Positions 1 to 11,164 are shown, counted from the first letter of the stretch. The stretch is 62,923 nt of DNA from Candidatus Dojkabacteria bacterium (GCA_016932785.1 JAFGCJ010000007.1:1-62923), one strand, 5' to 3'. Made by a program: numbers and translations. Notes: generated by a model not told the origin, from the letters alone.

Positions 1-648
<648 letters not shown>

Positions 649-805
649 TTATGTCTTAAAGTTCTATTCAGTTTTGAGCGTGCAAAATTCGCATCTTGCT
701 CGACGAGAAGCATGGCTTCAAGTCTCGCGAGCATGATTTCTTGCACTTTGAAAGTAACTAAAATATACAAGTCGCTAGACTTAACGACTTAACATTTGAG
801 TTGTT

Positions 806-926
806 TGGCCTGGCGGCTGTAGAGGAGTGGAACTACCTGATCCCATCCCGAACTCAGAAGTAAAACGCTCCATCGCCTAAGATACTTTGATCGCGAGGTC
901 ATGGGAAAATAGGTCGTCGCCAGGAT
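806..926 (+). rRNA. rrf: 5S rRNA
   Basis: Helix I pairs CCTGGCG with CGCCAGG. The conserved CCCATCCCGAACTCAGAAGT block is present, and a T-run follows. The ends are accurate to about +/-3 nt. Confidence 0.9.
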
Positions 927-1194
927 TTTTGTTCTGTGTTATCACTCTGGATTTCCAATTGATTATTACAAAATAGAAATTGTTTAAGGGTGTTGTCTAT
1001 TGCGAGTATCCTGAAAGGGTAACTCAAAATAGAGTCAAACCATATATAATGAGTATGTGGGATTTGTCTTTTGGCTATAGGATATTAGCAATATTGATTT
1101 CATAATCTTGAAACATCTATCCATCGAATATATAATTCCGTCGAATTCAAGTATTTATTTGATTCAAAAAACTAGGAAAGGTGGTTTCTTATAA

Positions 1195-2358
1195 ATGCCG
1201 AAAACAAAAGATAAATCTGATAAGGTTAAAGACCCTGTTGACAAGGATCCTCTGAAGGCTCAAATGAGGAGCTATCTAGATGATAGTGACCACTTACCAA
1301 AGAAAATTTCCGCTGGTGATATTGTTGAAGGAACGGTCGTAGATGTCCGTCCAAATTCTCTTTTGGTAGATGTGGGATATAAGTCAGAGGGTGTAATAGC
1401 CGGAAAAGAGTTGAAGTCTGATCTAGATGATGTTGACGCACTAAAGGTTGGAGATAGAATACTGGTGTATGTTGTTACCCCTGAAGATGAAGAGGGTCAG
1501 TTGGTCCTTTCTCTTAGGAGAACAGAAGCGGCCAGACATTGGATGAAGCTTGAGACGGCTAAGGAGGATAATGATGTAGTTGAAGTAGTTGTCGTAGAGT
1601 CAAACAATGGCGGTGTGATCTGTGATCTTTGTGAGGGTATAAGAGGATTTATTCCTACTTCTCAGCTTGATGCTTCCAGGGTTTATGCCAATGGACAGAG
1701 AATGGTTGGTCATGATATTTCAAGTCGGGTACAGGAAAGGTTATCTTCGCTTGTCGGAGAAAAGATCAAAACGAGAATCATTGAGTTAGATAGGGACAAG
1801 AATAGAATAATTCTTTCTGAGAAGATGGTAACCCAGGCCAGAGACCTCGAGAAACGAGAGAATACTTTGCGCTCAATCAAAGAGGGCGACGTGTTAGAAG
1901 GTGAAGTTAGTGGTATCACACCTTTTGGTGTATTTGTTAACGCTCAGGGTCTTGAAGGGTTGGTTCACCTCTCGGAGCTTTCTTGGGACAAAGTAGAAAA
2001 TACAGGTGACCTATACGGCGTTGGTGATAAGGTAAAGGTACAGGTTATTGGTATCACTGACGGTGGAAAAAGGGTAGCCTACAGTATTAAGAGGCTCCAG
2101 GAAGATCCTTGGGAAGAGGCAATATCAAAGTATAAGATTGGAGATATTGTGGATGGTACTGTACAGAAAGTAGTTAACTATGGTGCTTTTGTCAGGATAG
2201 GTGAAGGCCTTAACGGTCTTGTTCATATATCTGAAATGTCCAACAATCTTGTGCGAAATCCAAGAGATATTGTCAAAGAGGGTGAAAAAGTTAAGGTCAA
2301 GATACTTTCTGTATCCAAGACTGAGAGACACTTGGGATTGAGTTTGAAAAGGGTCTAG
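1195..2358 (+). CDS. rpsA: 30S ribosomal protein S1 (four S1 RNA-binding repeats)
   Basis: Repeated S1-domain pattern (G.V..V...G..V......G..H.SE). An AGGAAAGGTGG SD-like element lies upstream of the ATG. Confidence 0.9.
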   Translation: MPKTKDKSDKVKDPVDKDPLKAQMRSYLDDSDHLPKKISAGDIVEGTVVDVRPNSLLVDVGYKSEGVIAGKELKSDLDDVDALKVGDRILVYVVTPEDEEGQLVLSLRRTEAARHWMKLETAKEDNDVVEVVVVESNNGGVICDLCEGIRGFIPTSQLDASRVYANGQRMVGHDISSRVQERLSSLVGEKIKTRIIELDRDKNRIILSEKMVTQARDLEKRENTLRSIKEGDVLEGEVSGITPFGVFVNAQGLEGLVHLSELSWDKVENTGDLYGVGDKVKVQVIGITDGGKRVAYSIKRLQEDPWEEAISKYKIGDIVDGTVQKVVNYGAFVRIGEGLNGLVHISEMSNNLVRNPRDIVKEGEKVKVKILSVSKTERHLGLSLKRV

Positions 2359-2374
2359 AATATAATCACAAATA

Positions 2375-4891
2375 ATGAGTAATCCGTTCAGGCTACTAAC
2401 AGAAAATGCAAAATCTGCCCTGAAAATCTCCTCTGTGGTTGCAGATAGGATGGGTGCCAGGGATATTATGCCTCTACACCTATTTATATCATTGCTTCTT
2501 GTTAAAGAGGGTATTGCATCTCGTGTCCTTTCAGCTATGAAGATCGATATCGATCAGACGTTGGAGTCGTTTGCTAAAGGTGTCGACTTATCTGATATTA
2601 GGGATACAAGATTAACTAAAGGCATTAAGGATATATCTTCAGACATGAAGGCACTAATAAGTCGTGCATATAGCATAGCAAGACAGAACAGGCATGTGTA
2701 TGTTGGTACGGAGCATCTTCTTTTGGCGATACTTGATGATGATAGTGCTGGATTCGTTCGTGATTTAGAAACTTCGGGGTTGAAGGTTAATGATATAAAA
2801 AAGAATATACTGAATTTTACAACTTACCCTGAGGGTGTTCTTTCGAGATCTGGAAGGAAACGGGTTACTGGAAAGCCTACGGCGCTTGAAGTTTTTGGCA
2901 GAGATTTAACAGAAATTGCTAGAAGAGGTCTTCTTGATCCGATCGTTGGGCGTGAAGATGAAATCAATCAGATAATTAAGGTTCTTTCGAGGAGGAGGAA
3001 GAACAATGCTGTTGTTGTTGGAGAGGCCGGAGTAGGAAAAACAGCGCTTGTGGAGGGGTTGGCTCAAAGAATTGTTTCGGGCAATGTTCCAGAATCTCTA
3101 AGGGATGCAAAGATAGTATCTCTTGATGTGACGGGTATTGTTGCCGGGAGCAAGATGAGAGGGGATATGGAAGAAAAAATGATGGCGGTAATAAATGAAG
3201 TTTCCAGTAGCCCAAATATTATTTTGTTCATAGATGAGATTCATACAATATTGGGAGTTGGGGGCGCTGTTGGTGGAGGGCTTGATTTGGCGGGGGTACT
3301 GAAACCTGCTCTTGTCCACGGCAATTTTAGGTGTATTGGTGCTACTACTGCTGCAGATTACAGCAGGTATTTTGAGGATGATGCTGCGCTTAGCAGGAGA
3401 TTTCAAAGGATTTTAGTTGAGGAGCCGTCCGTTGAAGAAGCTGTCGAAATATTAAAGAGGATAAGACCGCTGCTTGAGTCGCATCATAATGTTGTTATAA
3501 CGGATGAGGCTGTTGAAACGGCTGTGAGGTTATCAGATCAGTATGTCAGCGATAGATATTTACCTGATAAGGCCATTGATCTTATGGATGAAGCTGCTGC
3601 TACAAGAAGGCTTCAGCTTGAGGGTAAGTATAACGAGTTAGGTGATGTTCGGTCTAAATATAGAGAAATTATTAAAGCGAAAGAGGGGGCTATAAGAAAG
3701 GGTGATATCGATTCGGCTTCTGACCTTAGAAAACAAGAGGAGGTTGTGAAGGCCGAGATGACTGATTTGAAAAAGAAGAGAGGCGAAGGTAAAAAGTCTA
3801 AGGAATACCATGTTAATGTAGGCATAATTAGAGAAATTGTTTCTAAATGGACGGGAATACCACTGACCACATTAGGAGCAGAGGAATCCTCATCACTTAT
3901 AAATCTGGAGGATGTCCTTGAGTCCAAAGTCATTGGACAACAGGAGGCTGTTGAGAAGGTTGCCGCTGCCATTAAGCGTGCGAGAACAGGTGTCACAAGC
4001 GGGGAGAGGCCATGGGCATCGTTCCTGTTCCTTGGTCCTACTGGTGTTGGTAAAACAGAGTTGGCTAAGGTATTAACAAAGACTCTTTTTGGTGAGGAGG
4101 ATAGACTTATTCAGATTGATATGAGTGAAATGATGGAGATGCATAGTGTTTCCAAGCTTATCGGTTCTCCTCCTGGATATGTAGGGTATAGAGAGGGGGG
4201 GCAGCTTACTGAGCAGGTAAGGAAACAGCCGCACTCTGTTATTCTTTTTGATGAGATTGAAAAAGCTCACATTGACGTTCTTAATATCTTGCTTCAGATC
4301 CTTGAGTATGGTCATCTAACAGATGGAAAAGGCCGCAGAGTGAATTTTAAAAATACCGTTATAATTCTCACTTCAAACATTGGTGCTGAAGAGATTGGTA
4401 GAGACAAAGTTCTTGGTTTCAGGGCTGAAGAGGACGATGAGGAAAGAAGCGACGAAAATATCGAGGGAGCCTATGAAGGGATGAAGGAAACGCTTCTTAA
4501 GAAGTTAAGAGACGATATTAGACCTGAGCTTCTTAACCGTCTCGACGATATTGTTATATTTCGATCTCTTACAAGAAAGGATGCAAAGAATATTGTAGAT
4601 CTTCTTCTTGATGAGCTAAATGAGCGTTTGGAAGAAGAAGGAGTTGAGGTTGTCCTTGATGCGTCGGCTGTAGATTTCATTGTTGAAAAAGGATTTAGTG
4701 AGGACTATGGAGCGCGCCCTCTCAGACGTACTATTCAGGATTATGTTGAAACTCCAATTGCTTCGTATCTTCTGAGATACGGTGGGGGATTGGTTTGGAA
4801 GGGTAAGGGAAAGAAATCGAGCAGGAAAAAGAAGGTAAATATCAAAAAATCTAAGAAAGCTGAGAAGCTAATCGTTTCTAAAGGGAAATAA
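2375..4891 (+). CDS. clpC: ATP-dependent Clp protease ATP-binding subunit, ClpC-like (two AAA+ modules)
   Basis: Clp_N repeats are present. Walker A motifs are GEAGVGKT and GPTGVGKT. An LGF ClpP-docking-type loop is present. The 838-aa length and short middle domain fit ClpC rather than ClpB. Confidence 0.9.
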   Translation: MSNPFRLLTENAKSALKISSVVADRMGARDIMPLHLFISLLLVKEGIASRVLSAMKIDIDQTLESFAKGVDLSDIRDTRLTKGIKDISSDMKALISRAYSIARQNRHVYVGTEHLLLAILDDDSAGFVRDLETSGLKVNDIKKNILNFTTYPEGVLSRSGRKRVTGKPTALEVFGRDLTEIARRGLLDPIVGREDEINQIIKVLSRRRKNNAVVVGEAGVGKTALVEGLAQRIVSGNVPESLRDAKIVSLDVTGIVAGSKMRGDMEEKMMAVINEVSSSPNIILFIDEIHTILGVGGAVGGGLDLAGVLKPALVHGNFRCIGATTAADYSRYFEDDAALSRRFQRILVEEPSVEEAVEILKRIRPLLESHHNVVITDEAVETAVRLSDQYVSDRYLPDKAIDLMDEAAATRRLQLEGKYNELGDVRSKYREIIKAKEGAIRKGDIDSASDLRKQEEVVKAEMTDLKKKRGEGKKSKEYHVNVGIIREIVSKWTGIPLTTLGAEESSSLINLEDVLESKVIGQQEAVEKVAAAIKRARTGVTSGERPWASFLFLGPTGVGKTELAKVLTKTLFGEEDRLIQIDMSEMMEMHSVSKLIGSPPGYVGYREGGQLTEQVRKQPHSVILFDEIEKAHIDVLNILLQILEYGHLTDGKGRRVNFKNTVIILTSNIGAEEIGRDKVLGFRAEEDDEERSDENIEGAYEGMKETLLKKLRDDIRPELLNRLDDIVIFRSLTRKDAKNIVDLLLDELNERLEEEGVEVVLDASAVDFIVEKGFSEDYGARPLRRTIQDYVETPIASYLLRYGGGLVWKGKGKKSSRKKKVNIKKSKKAEKLIVSKGK

Positions 4892-4893
4892 GC

Positions 4894-6228
4894 TTGCAAA
4901 AATCTTCAGAAAAGACAGTTTATATATGTCGCAGCTGTGGATACCAGAGTACAAAGTGGTCTGGTAAATGTTTAGGATGTGGTGAGTGGGATACCCTTGA
5001 AGAGAATGTTACGGTGGATGCTGCTGAATCGAAAAAAGTTAATCCTGCAAAAGTTGTTGATTTTTCAAGACCTTCCAAGAATGAGAAGAAGGGAAGATTT
5101 ACTCTTGGCATGAAGGAAGTGGAACGAGTGCTTGGAGGTGGGGTTGTTTCAGGAGAAGTTGTTCTAGTAAGTGGTGAACCAGGAATTGGTAAGTCTACCC
5201 TCCTTATGCAGGTTTTTCAAAATGTTTCAAATAAGAATGAGGTTATGTATGTTAGCGGGGAGGAATCTCTTGGGCAAATCTCTTCCAGGTTTGAAAGACT
5301 TTCATTGTCTGGACAAAGTAAAGATCCAGGCTTAAAAAACCTTAAATTTACAGAAGAGACTAATGTTGACAGTGTGATTTCGGCTATAGAGCAGATGAAA
5401 CCTGCCATGGTAGCTGTAGATTCTATTCAGTCTATGTTTACTGAAGATGTGAGGAGTTTTGCTGGGAGCGTATCACAGGTTAGGGAGTGTGGCATGAGGC
5501 TTACAAGATGTGCAAAGAGATTAAGAATACCGATATTTATAGTAGGCCAGGTAACTAAAGAAGGAGTGGTGGCTGGCCCAAAGGTTCTTGAGCATGTGGT
5601 AGATGCGGTTCTTTATTTTGAGGGAGATGATTTTGGAATGTACCGTATACTTAGGGCACTGAAAAATCGTTTTGGTACGACTGATGAGGTGGGAATTTTT
5701 GAGATGACAACGAAGGGACTTAAGGAGGTGGATGATCCCACAAGTGTTTTCTGTGAGTCCGGGAAGAAAAGATCTCCGGGTGTTGTGGTATCGGCAATTT
5801 TCAAGGGTTCTAGAGTGATATTTGTTGAAGTTCAGGCTCTAACCTCTGGTGCTGCGTTTGGATCTCCACGAAGAATGCCCAATGGGTTTGGTAAATCCAG
5901 GCTTGAGATGCTCTGTGCTGTTTTAGGAAGAAGGGCTGGGGTGAATCTATTTGATGACGATGTATTTGTAAACATAATGGGTGGTGTAAGGGTGGATGAT
6001 CCTTCTTTGGATCTTGCGATTTGTATGGCTGTTGTTTCTGCAAAGAAAGATAAACCAATTCCAGCAGGGTGTGTTTTTGTAGGCGAGGTTGGGTTATCAG
6101 GACGGGTACGTGAGGTACCATTTCAGGGAAAAATGGAGGCAGAAGCTAAGAGAAGAGGCCTCAAGGTTATCGGAGGGAGTAAATCAGACAAAGACCTTTA
6201 CGACCTGATAAGAAGTGTATTAAAGTAG
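4894..6228 (+). CDS. radA: DNA repair protein RadA/Sms
   Basis: N-terminal C4 zinc finger (CRSCGY...CLGCGEW), Walker A GEPGIGKST, a KNRFG motif and a Lon-like C-terminal domain. TTG start. Confidence 0.92.
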   Translation: MQKSSEKTVYICRSCGYQSTKWSGKCLGCGEWDTLEENVTVDAAESKKVNPAKVVDFSRPSKNEKKGRFTLGMKEVERVLGGGVVSGEVVLVSGEPGIGKSTLLMQVFQNVSNKNEVMYVSGEESLGQISSRFERLSLSGQSKDPGLKNLKFTEETNVDSVISAIEQMKPAMVAVDSIQSMFTEDVRSFAGSVSQVRECGMRLTRCAKRLRIPIFIVGQVTKEGVVAGPKVLEHVVDAVLYFEGDDFGMYRILRALKNRFGTTDEVGIFEMTTKGLKEVDDPTSVFCESGKKRSPGVVVSAIFKGSRVIFVEVQALTSGAAFGSPRRMPNGFGKSRLEMLCAVLGRRAGVNLFDDDVFVNIMGGVRVDDPSLDLAICMAVVSAKKDKPIPAGCVFVGEVGLSGRVREVPFQGKMEAEAKRRGLKVIGGSKSDKDLYDLIRSVLK

Positions 6229-6354
6229 AGTTAAATCCCCATTCGTAACATTATTTCAAAGCGACAAAGTTTCGTAACAGTTACCCAAAACTCAAATTCT
6301 GTCCTGCAAGGTTTTGTAGCTCTCTATCCTGTCAGTCCGGCACATTTCTTATTC

Positions 6355-6383
6355 TTGACAAAATAGTGATGTTAGTGTAATAT
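6355..6383 (+). promoter_or_regulatory. sigma70-type promoter P1 (TTGACA-17 nt-TAATAT)
   Basis: TTGACA at 6355-6360, a 17-nt spacer, then TAATAT at 6378-6383. Confidence 0.6.
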
Positions 6384-6467
6384 GTGGACAACTTATTACA
6401 GGATAGAGATTAGAAATACTATAAGGTCTTGTTGTAGGTGATCTTTAATTACGTATATTACTGAGTA

Positions 6468-6592
6468 GGTTCCTCCCAGGGTCTGGTTTAGCTAAAAACT
6501 ATTACTGGTCCCTCGGAAGAGCCTGCTTGTTTGTGATCTTCTCCCAGGGTCTGGTTTAGCTAAAAACTAACACTGGTCCCTCGGAGAAGTTC
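6468..6592 (+). repeat. Tandem duplicated ~55-nt imperfect hairpins (R1 6468-6523, R2 6535-6592)
   Basis: The 45-nt cores at 6473-6517 and 6541-6585 match at 43/45 positions (CTCCCAGGGTCTGGTTTAGCTAAAAACTAxxACTGGTCCCTCGGA). Each folds into a ~20-position stem whose basal pairs differ between copies but still pair. Confidence 0.8.
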
Positions 6593-6665
6593 ATAAAAGA
6601 TCTCTAAAAAACGGGAAATAAGTTAGTTGTTCCTCGGTATGACTGTCACCTGCTGATGGCCATAT

Positions 6666-6699
6666 CGGGGTCGGTTGGGGCAGTACCGATCCCGTTTTT
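6666..6699 (+). terminator. Intrinsic terminator or attenuator in the rho upstream region
   Basis: Stem CGGGGTCGGT / ACCGATCCCG followed by TTTTT. The segment 6607-6616 (AAAAACGGGA) is a perfect complement of 6690-6699 (TCCCGTTTTT), which provides a possible antiterminator pairing. Confidence 0.65.
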
Positions 6700-6712
6700 C
6701 ACCTTTATCGAT

Positions 6713-6741
6713 TTGACATCCTCTCGTTTTGTAAATATTAT
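6713..6741 (+). promoter_or_regulatory. sigma70-type promoter P2 proximal to rho (TTGACA-17 nt-TATTAT)
   Basis: TTGACA at 6713-6718, a 17-nt spacer, then TATTAT at 6736-6741. Confidence 0.55.
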
Positions 6742-6804
6742 TCTTATGTATACCTTTCCATTTAATAGTTTTCTCTTGTATATAATCTTTTATCTTTTTG
6801 CATC

Positions 6805-8064
6805 GTGAATTATTCAGAATTAAGCAGTAAAACTGCTACGCAGTTGCGTGCTCTTGCAAAGAAGGTTGGAGTCCAAGAACCTTCGAAAATTAAAGAAAAG
6901 AGTGAACTAATTAAACAGATACTTATTGATGTATCGAAAAAAGAAGGGTATCAGTATGTCGAAGGTATTCTTGAGGTTATGAATGATAGAACCCATGGTG
7001 TTGTTCGAACAGGTGGAGTACTTCAGGGTGAAGCTGATGCTTACATTTCTGGGACACAAATAAGAAAGTTTAGACTTAGAACGGGTGATATTATTTGTGG
7101 ACCTGCAAGACAGCCTAAGGAAAATGAGAAATATCTTAGTCTTTTGAGAGTTGATACTGTATGGGGAAAAGAGCCTAAGGATATGATAAAGAGACCTATT
7201 TTCGAAAAATCAACCCCAATCTATCCAGATCAACAGATCAAACTTGAAACAAAATCAGACGTTCTTTCAACAAGGATAATCGACTTGCTTTGTCCTATTG
7301 GTTATGGGCAAAGGGGTATGATTGTTTCGCCTCCTAAGGCTGGTAAAACATGGCTTCTAACAGATATTGCTCATGGTGTTGCAGAAAATCATCCTGATGT
7401 GGATCTTATGGTGGTTTTGGTTGGTGAACGTCCTGAAGAGGTAACTCATATTGATCGTGAGGTTAAGGGTGAGGTCTTTGCGTCTAACTTCGATGAAAAG
7501 CCTGAAGAGAACACAAGAGTCGCTGAGGTTGCGCTGGAGAAGGCCAAAAGGATGGTGGAGCAGGGACGAAATGTTATGATACTTATGGATAGTATTACCC
7601 GTCTTGCCCGTGCTTATAATATTACAATGCCTACATCAGGTAAAACACTATCGGGTGGTTTTGATCCTGTAGCATTGTTCCCTCCAAAGAGATTCTTTGG
7701 TGCTGCAAGAAACATTGAGAATGGTGGAAGTTTGACAATTATTGCAACGGCTCTTATTGACACAGGTAGCAGAATGGATGATTTGGTTTATGAGGAGTTT
7801 AAGGGAACGGGAAATATGGAACTTCATCTTGATAGGAATCTCCAAGAAAAGAGAATATATCCTGCAATCGATGTTATTAGATCAGGTACTAGACGTGAGG
7901 AGTTGCTTCTTGATAAAGAGGTCCTTAATCAGTCCTGGAGGGTTAGAAGGATGCTGGAAGCTCTTCCTCAGGATGAGAATCCTACAGAGGTTCTTGTAGA
8001 GAGGATGAAGAGAACAAAAGATAATAAGGAGTTTCTTGCCACACTGCATGAGAGTGTAGGGTAA
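6805..8064 (+). CDS. rho: Transcription termination factor Rho
   Basis: Rho N-terminal and RNA-binding domains, P-loop PPKAGKT, and a C-terminal ATPase domain. GTG start. Confidence 0.93.
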   Translation: MNYSELSSKTATQLRALAKKVGVQEPSKIKEKSELIKQILIDVSKKEGYQYVEGILEVMNDRTHGVVRTGGVLQGEADAYISGTQIRKFRLRTGDIICGPARQPKENEKYLSLLRVDTVWGKEPKDMIKRPIFEKSTPIYPDQQIKLETKSDVLSTRIIDLLCPIGYGQRGMIVSPPKAGKTWLLTDIAHGVAENHPDVDLMVVLVGERPEEVTHIDREVKGEVFASNFDEKPEENTRVAEVALEKAKRMVEQGRNVMILMDSITRLARAYNITMPTSGKTLSGGFDPVALFPPKRFFGAARNIENGGSLTIIATALIDTGSRMDDLVYEEFKGTGNMELHLDRNLQEKRIYPAIDVIRSGTRREELLLDKEVLNQSWRVRRMLEALPQDENPTEVLVERMKRTKDNKEFLATLHESVG

Positions 8065-8168
8065 AAATCTTATTAGAACTTGACTTGTTGTTGCGGCTTT
8101 GCGTTGTGCTTAGTTTCCATATCCTATATAATTATTACTATATAATTAACTTAGGATTTCCGCTTACA

Positions 8169-8747
8169 ATGGCGATGGGTGTTTATTTTGATGTGGATGA
8201 ACATAGTTTTACTGTAGAAACATACGGTCCCGCATGGGTGGAGAATACAGAAGGATGTTTGCATTCTTTTGGAGAAAGGGCTGGATGGTCAGAGTTTGAT
8301 ATCGTGCGTGCGCAGTTAGGTCCTGATGGTTTCGAGACAGGGGTGGATTTAGATCTTCTGGCGGGTGATTCTGATTTCATTGTGGTGGTAGGTGGTGTAG
8401 GAAAGGGAGACGAAATTGAGGCCAGGGCTGTTCGTGTCTATGTTATTGATCATAGTATTCAGACCCCGACTGATTCAGGTCTTAAGGTATCTTGTTGTCT
8501 GCGTAGGTCGGTAGCATATGATTTTTACAGTGGACTCGGTACATCGCCCGAATGGGAATCAAGACCTAGAGTATTTGACCATCGTGCCTGGTTAGATTTA
8601 TCTGAGCTTAGAGGTTCTTCTGGCACAAGGTTCATCACTTCTCACCCTTCACAAAAAAACGACGATAGAAGACCGGCGTCGGGTGGAGATCAGTTTATTA
8701 TTAATACCTTGATAGGTATATTTTTTTGTAAGGTTGCCAGGACGTAA
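8169..8747 (+). CDS. Hypothetical protein (orphan)
   Basis: A long ORF with no recognisable motif. The start was moved to the first ATG (MAMGVYF...), because the upstream extension is hydrophobic, AT-rich and unconvincing. Confidence 0.35.
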   Translation: MAMGVYFDVDEHSFTVETYGPAWVENTEGCLHSFGERAGWSEFDIVRAQLGPDGFETGVDLDLLAGDSDFIVVVGGVGKGDEIEARAVRVYVIDHSIQTPTDSGLKVSCCLRRSVAYDFYSGLGTSPEWESRPRVFDHRAWLDLSELRGSSGTRFITSHPSQKNDDRRPASGGDQFIINTLIGIFFCKVART

Positions 8748-8847
8748 TTAATTTGCTAGTTTTTTCACCTGATTCTCCGGTCTCAGCTTCCTAACCTCTG
8801 TGCCAGCTCTCCAAATCTCTCTGTTATTAAGTTCTTTAGTTCCTTGT

Positions 8848-9327
8848 CTAGCGTTCCATTGCGGTGATTCCAGTTCTTGCTATCTCCTCGATTCCGAAAT
8901 CTTCAAGTATTTTTACAGCAGACTCAATCTTTTCTGGAGATCCAATTATTTCAACAATCATAGAGTCTTTTTGCACGTCGACGATGTTTCCTCTGAAAAT
9001 GCTTGTTAAGTCGGATACTTCTGCACGGTTTCCGTTTTTGGCAGACACCTTGATTAAGGCGAGTTCCCTCTCAACGTGAGGCGATTCGGTAATATTTACG
9101 ACTTTTGTTACCTCAACAATTTTTTGAAGCTGCCGAATAATTTGTTCGATAATTTCACCTTCGCTGTGGCTTACCCCCAGTGTAATACGCGAGATTCCTT
9201 TAGTTTCTGTTTTGCATGCAGTTATAGTCTCGACGTTGTACATTTTCTTTCTGATGAGAGACATCATCTTATTCAGGACACCAGGTTTGTTTTCTGCAAA
9301 TACTAGTAAAATGTAATTTTTTCTCAT
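8848..9327 (-). CDS. ilvH: Acetolactate synthase small (regulatory) subunit, ACT domain
   Basis: ACT-domain N-terminus (ILLVFAENKPGVLNKM), a typical ~160-aa length, and a position immediately downstream of ilvB. Confidence 0.88.
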   Translation of the reverse strand: MRKNYILLVFAENKPGVLNKMMSLIRKKMYNVETITACKTETKGISRITLGVSHSEGEIIEQIIRQLQKIVEVTKVVNITESPHVERELALIKVSAKNGNRAEVSDLTSIFRGNIVDVQKDSMIVEIIGSPEKIESAVKILEDFGIEEIARTGITAMER

Positions 9328-9337
9328 GAATTTTGGA

Positions 9338-11068
9338 TTAAAAATTAATATCGTTGTCGGTTTCTATCATTTCTTCGAAAGTGGCTCCTGCGGGTATCAT
9401 CGGCATTATGAGTTCGTCCTTATCGCAGACAAATTCTGTTAGGGTAGGGCCTTTGTTTTCCATGGCCCACCTTATTGCGGAGTCTATTTCGGTGACCTTC
9501 TCGACCCTTCTAGAGGGCATTCCGTAGGCCTCTGCAATTTTCATGAAGTCTGGGTTTGTGAGGTCTGTTTCAGCATATCTTTTTCCGAAAAAAAGACTTT
9601 GCCATTGTCTAACCATGCCCAGAACTCCGTTGTTCAATAATATAATATCGATATCTAGCTTATGTTCGAGTATAGTTCCCAGTTCCTGTATGTTCATCTG
9701 GAGACCTCCATCGCCACAGATGGCCCACACTCTTTCCTTGGGCCTGGCAATTTTTACTCCTATTGCGGTAGGCAAAGAAAAACCCATGGTTCCAAGTCCT
9801 CCTGAGCTGAAATGTGTATTGAATCTTTGGTAGTTGTAAAATCTGGCGCTCATCATCTGGTTTTGTCCTACATCTGCAACAATGTTATCTTGTCCTTTAG
9901 TGATCTCGGAAAGCCGTGAGATTACTGTTTTCATTAATAGTCTGCCGTTGGGACCAGTGCCTTTACGGATTTGTTTTGAGATGAATTTGGTCCATGTTTG
10001 CTTGTTTCTCTCGATCTCAGAGAACCATTCTTTTCTTGGCAATCTTTTTGCTCCGGATAGGAATTTCTTTATTGCGGTCTTCACATCGTCATTGATTGGA
10101 ATATTAGTTTTCACAATTTTTCTTATTTCCGAGGCGTCAATTTCTACGTGGATGGTTTGGGCATTCCTTGCGTATTCGCTGAGTTTTGCTGTTACTCTAT
10201 CGTCGAAACGCATGCCCAGTGAGATTATTAAGTCTGAGCTCGTTATAGCTCTGTTTGCTGCTACGGTACCGTGCATTCCCATCATTCCAAGATTCAATGG
10301 ATGATCTGATGGTACAGCTGAAATGCCGTGAAGAGTTGTGGAAAACGGAATGTTGCACTTTTCAACAAAGTCTGTGAACGCTTTCCCTGCGTTGGCCAGG
10401 ATTACTCCATGACCACAGAAGACAATGGGACGTTTTGCTTTGTTGATAAGGGCAATTGCATTGTCGTATGTGGTCTGAGAGACTTTTTCTGTTGGGTAGT
10501 ACTCGCGTTTATTGGTAGGCTTGTAGGTAGTCTTTTCCGAGGTATCAAGTTGAATATCCTTAGGCAGATCCAGGTGAACCGGGCCAGGTCTGCCTTGAGT
10601 TGCTATTTGAGTCAATTCGAAAAATTTTTCTGCAAGTTCATCTGTCGAATAGGGCATTACAGCTTGTTTTGTGATTGGATACATTATCCCGACCATGTCG
10701 CTTTCCTGAAATGCATCTGTTCCAACAACGCTTGTTGGAACTTGACCGGTGATGACGAAGATTGGTACGGAATCCATCATTGCATCTGCTACGCCAGTTA
10801 CTGTGTTTGTGGCTCCGGGACCGGAGGTTGTTGCAACAAAACCGATTTTACCTGTTGCTCTAGCATATCCTTGAGCTGCAAAAGCCGCCCCCTGCTCATG
10901 ACGCACTTTGATGGGTTTTATTCCAGGGAAGTTCTGTTGTAGCTCGTCAAAGAAAGGCATTATGGCGCCTCCGGTATATCCAAAGACATATTTGGTGCCG
11001 TATTCTTTCATTGCTTTGGCCAAAATGTATTTTCCGGATTTTTCAGGAGATTTTCTTGAATTCTTCAT
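9338..11068 (-). CDS. ilvB: Acetolactate synthase large subunit (ThDP-dependent)
   Basis: ThDP-binding motif GDGG...N (ICGDGGLQMNIQEL). The N-terminal pyrimidine-binding domain shows full-length similarity to the AHAS family. Confidence 0.92.
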   Translation of the reverse strand: MKNSRKSPEKSGKYILAKAMKEYGTKYVFGYTGGAIMPFFDELQQNFPGIKPIKVRHEQGAAFAAQGYARATGKIGFVATTSGPGATNTVTGVADAMMDSVPIFVITGQVPTSVVGTDAFQESDMVGIMYPITKQAVMPYSTDELAEKFFELTQIATQGRPGPVHLDLPKDIQLDTSEKTTYKPTNKREYYPTEKVSQTTYDNAIALINKAKRPIVFCGHGVILANAGKAFTDFVEKCNIPFSTTLHGISAVPSDHPLNLGMMGMHGTVAANRAITSSDLIISLGMRFDDRVTAKLSEYARNAQTIHVEIDASEIRKIVKTNIPINDDVKTAIKKFLSGAKRLPRKEWFSEIERNKQTWTKFISKQIRKGTGPNGRLLMKTVISRLSEITKGQDNIVADVGQNQMMSARFYNYQRFNTHFSSGGLGTMGFSLPTAIGVKIARPKERVWAICGDGGLQMNIQELGTILEHKLDIDIILLNNGVLGMVRQWQSLFFGKRYAETDLTNPDFMKIAEAYGMPSRRVEKVTEIDSAIRWAMENKGPTLTEFVCDKDELIMPMIPAGATFEEMIETDNDINF

Positions 11069-11103
11069 AGGATTCCTTTTTGATTTTATGTCTTTTAGAT
11101 AAC

Positions 11104-11126
11104 AAAAAATCTCCCTTTCGGGAGAT
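11104..11126 (-). terminator. Attenuator terminator 35 nt upstream of the ilvB start codon
   Basis: The minus strand reads ATCTCCC-GAAA-GGGAGAT followed by TTTTTT. No upstream minus-strand gene exists for it to terminate. Confidence 0.7.
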
Positions 11127-11164
11127 CTCGATCTTTGCTATTGAATGACAAAATACCTCCCGGG

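Larger units (their letters stand above)
6390..6699 (+). ncRNA. Candidate ~310-nt structured RNA or rho leader, bounded by P1 and an intrinsic terminator
   Basis: No credible ORF. It contains two tandem long hairpins and ends in a GC-rich hairpin followed by TTTTT. Confidence 0.45.
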
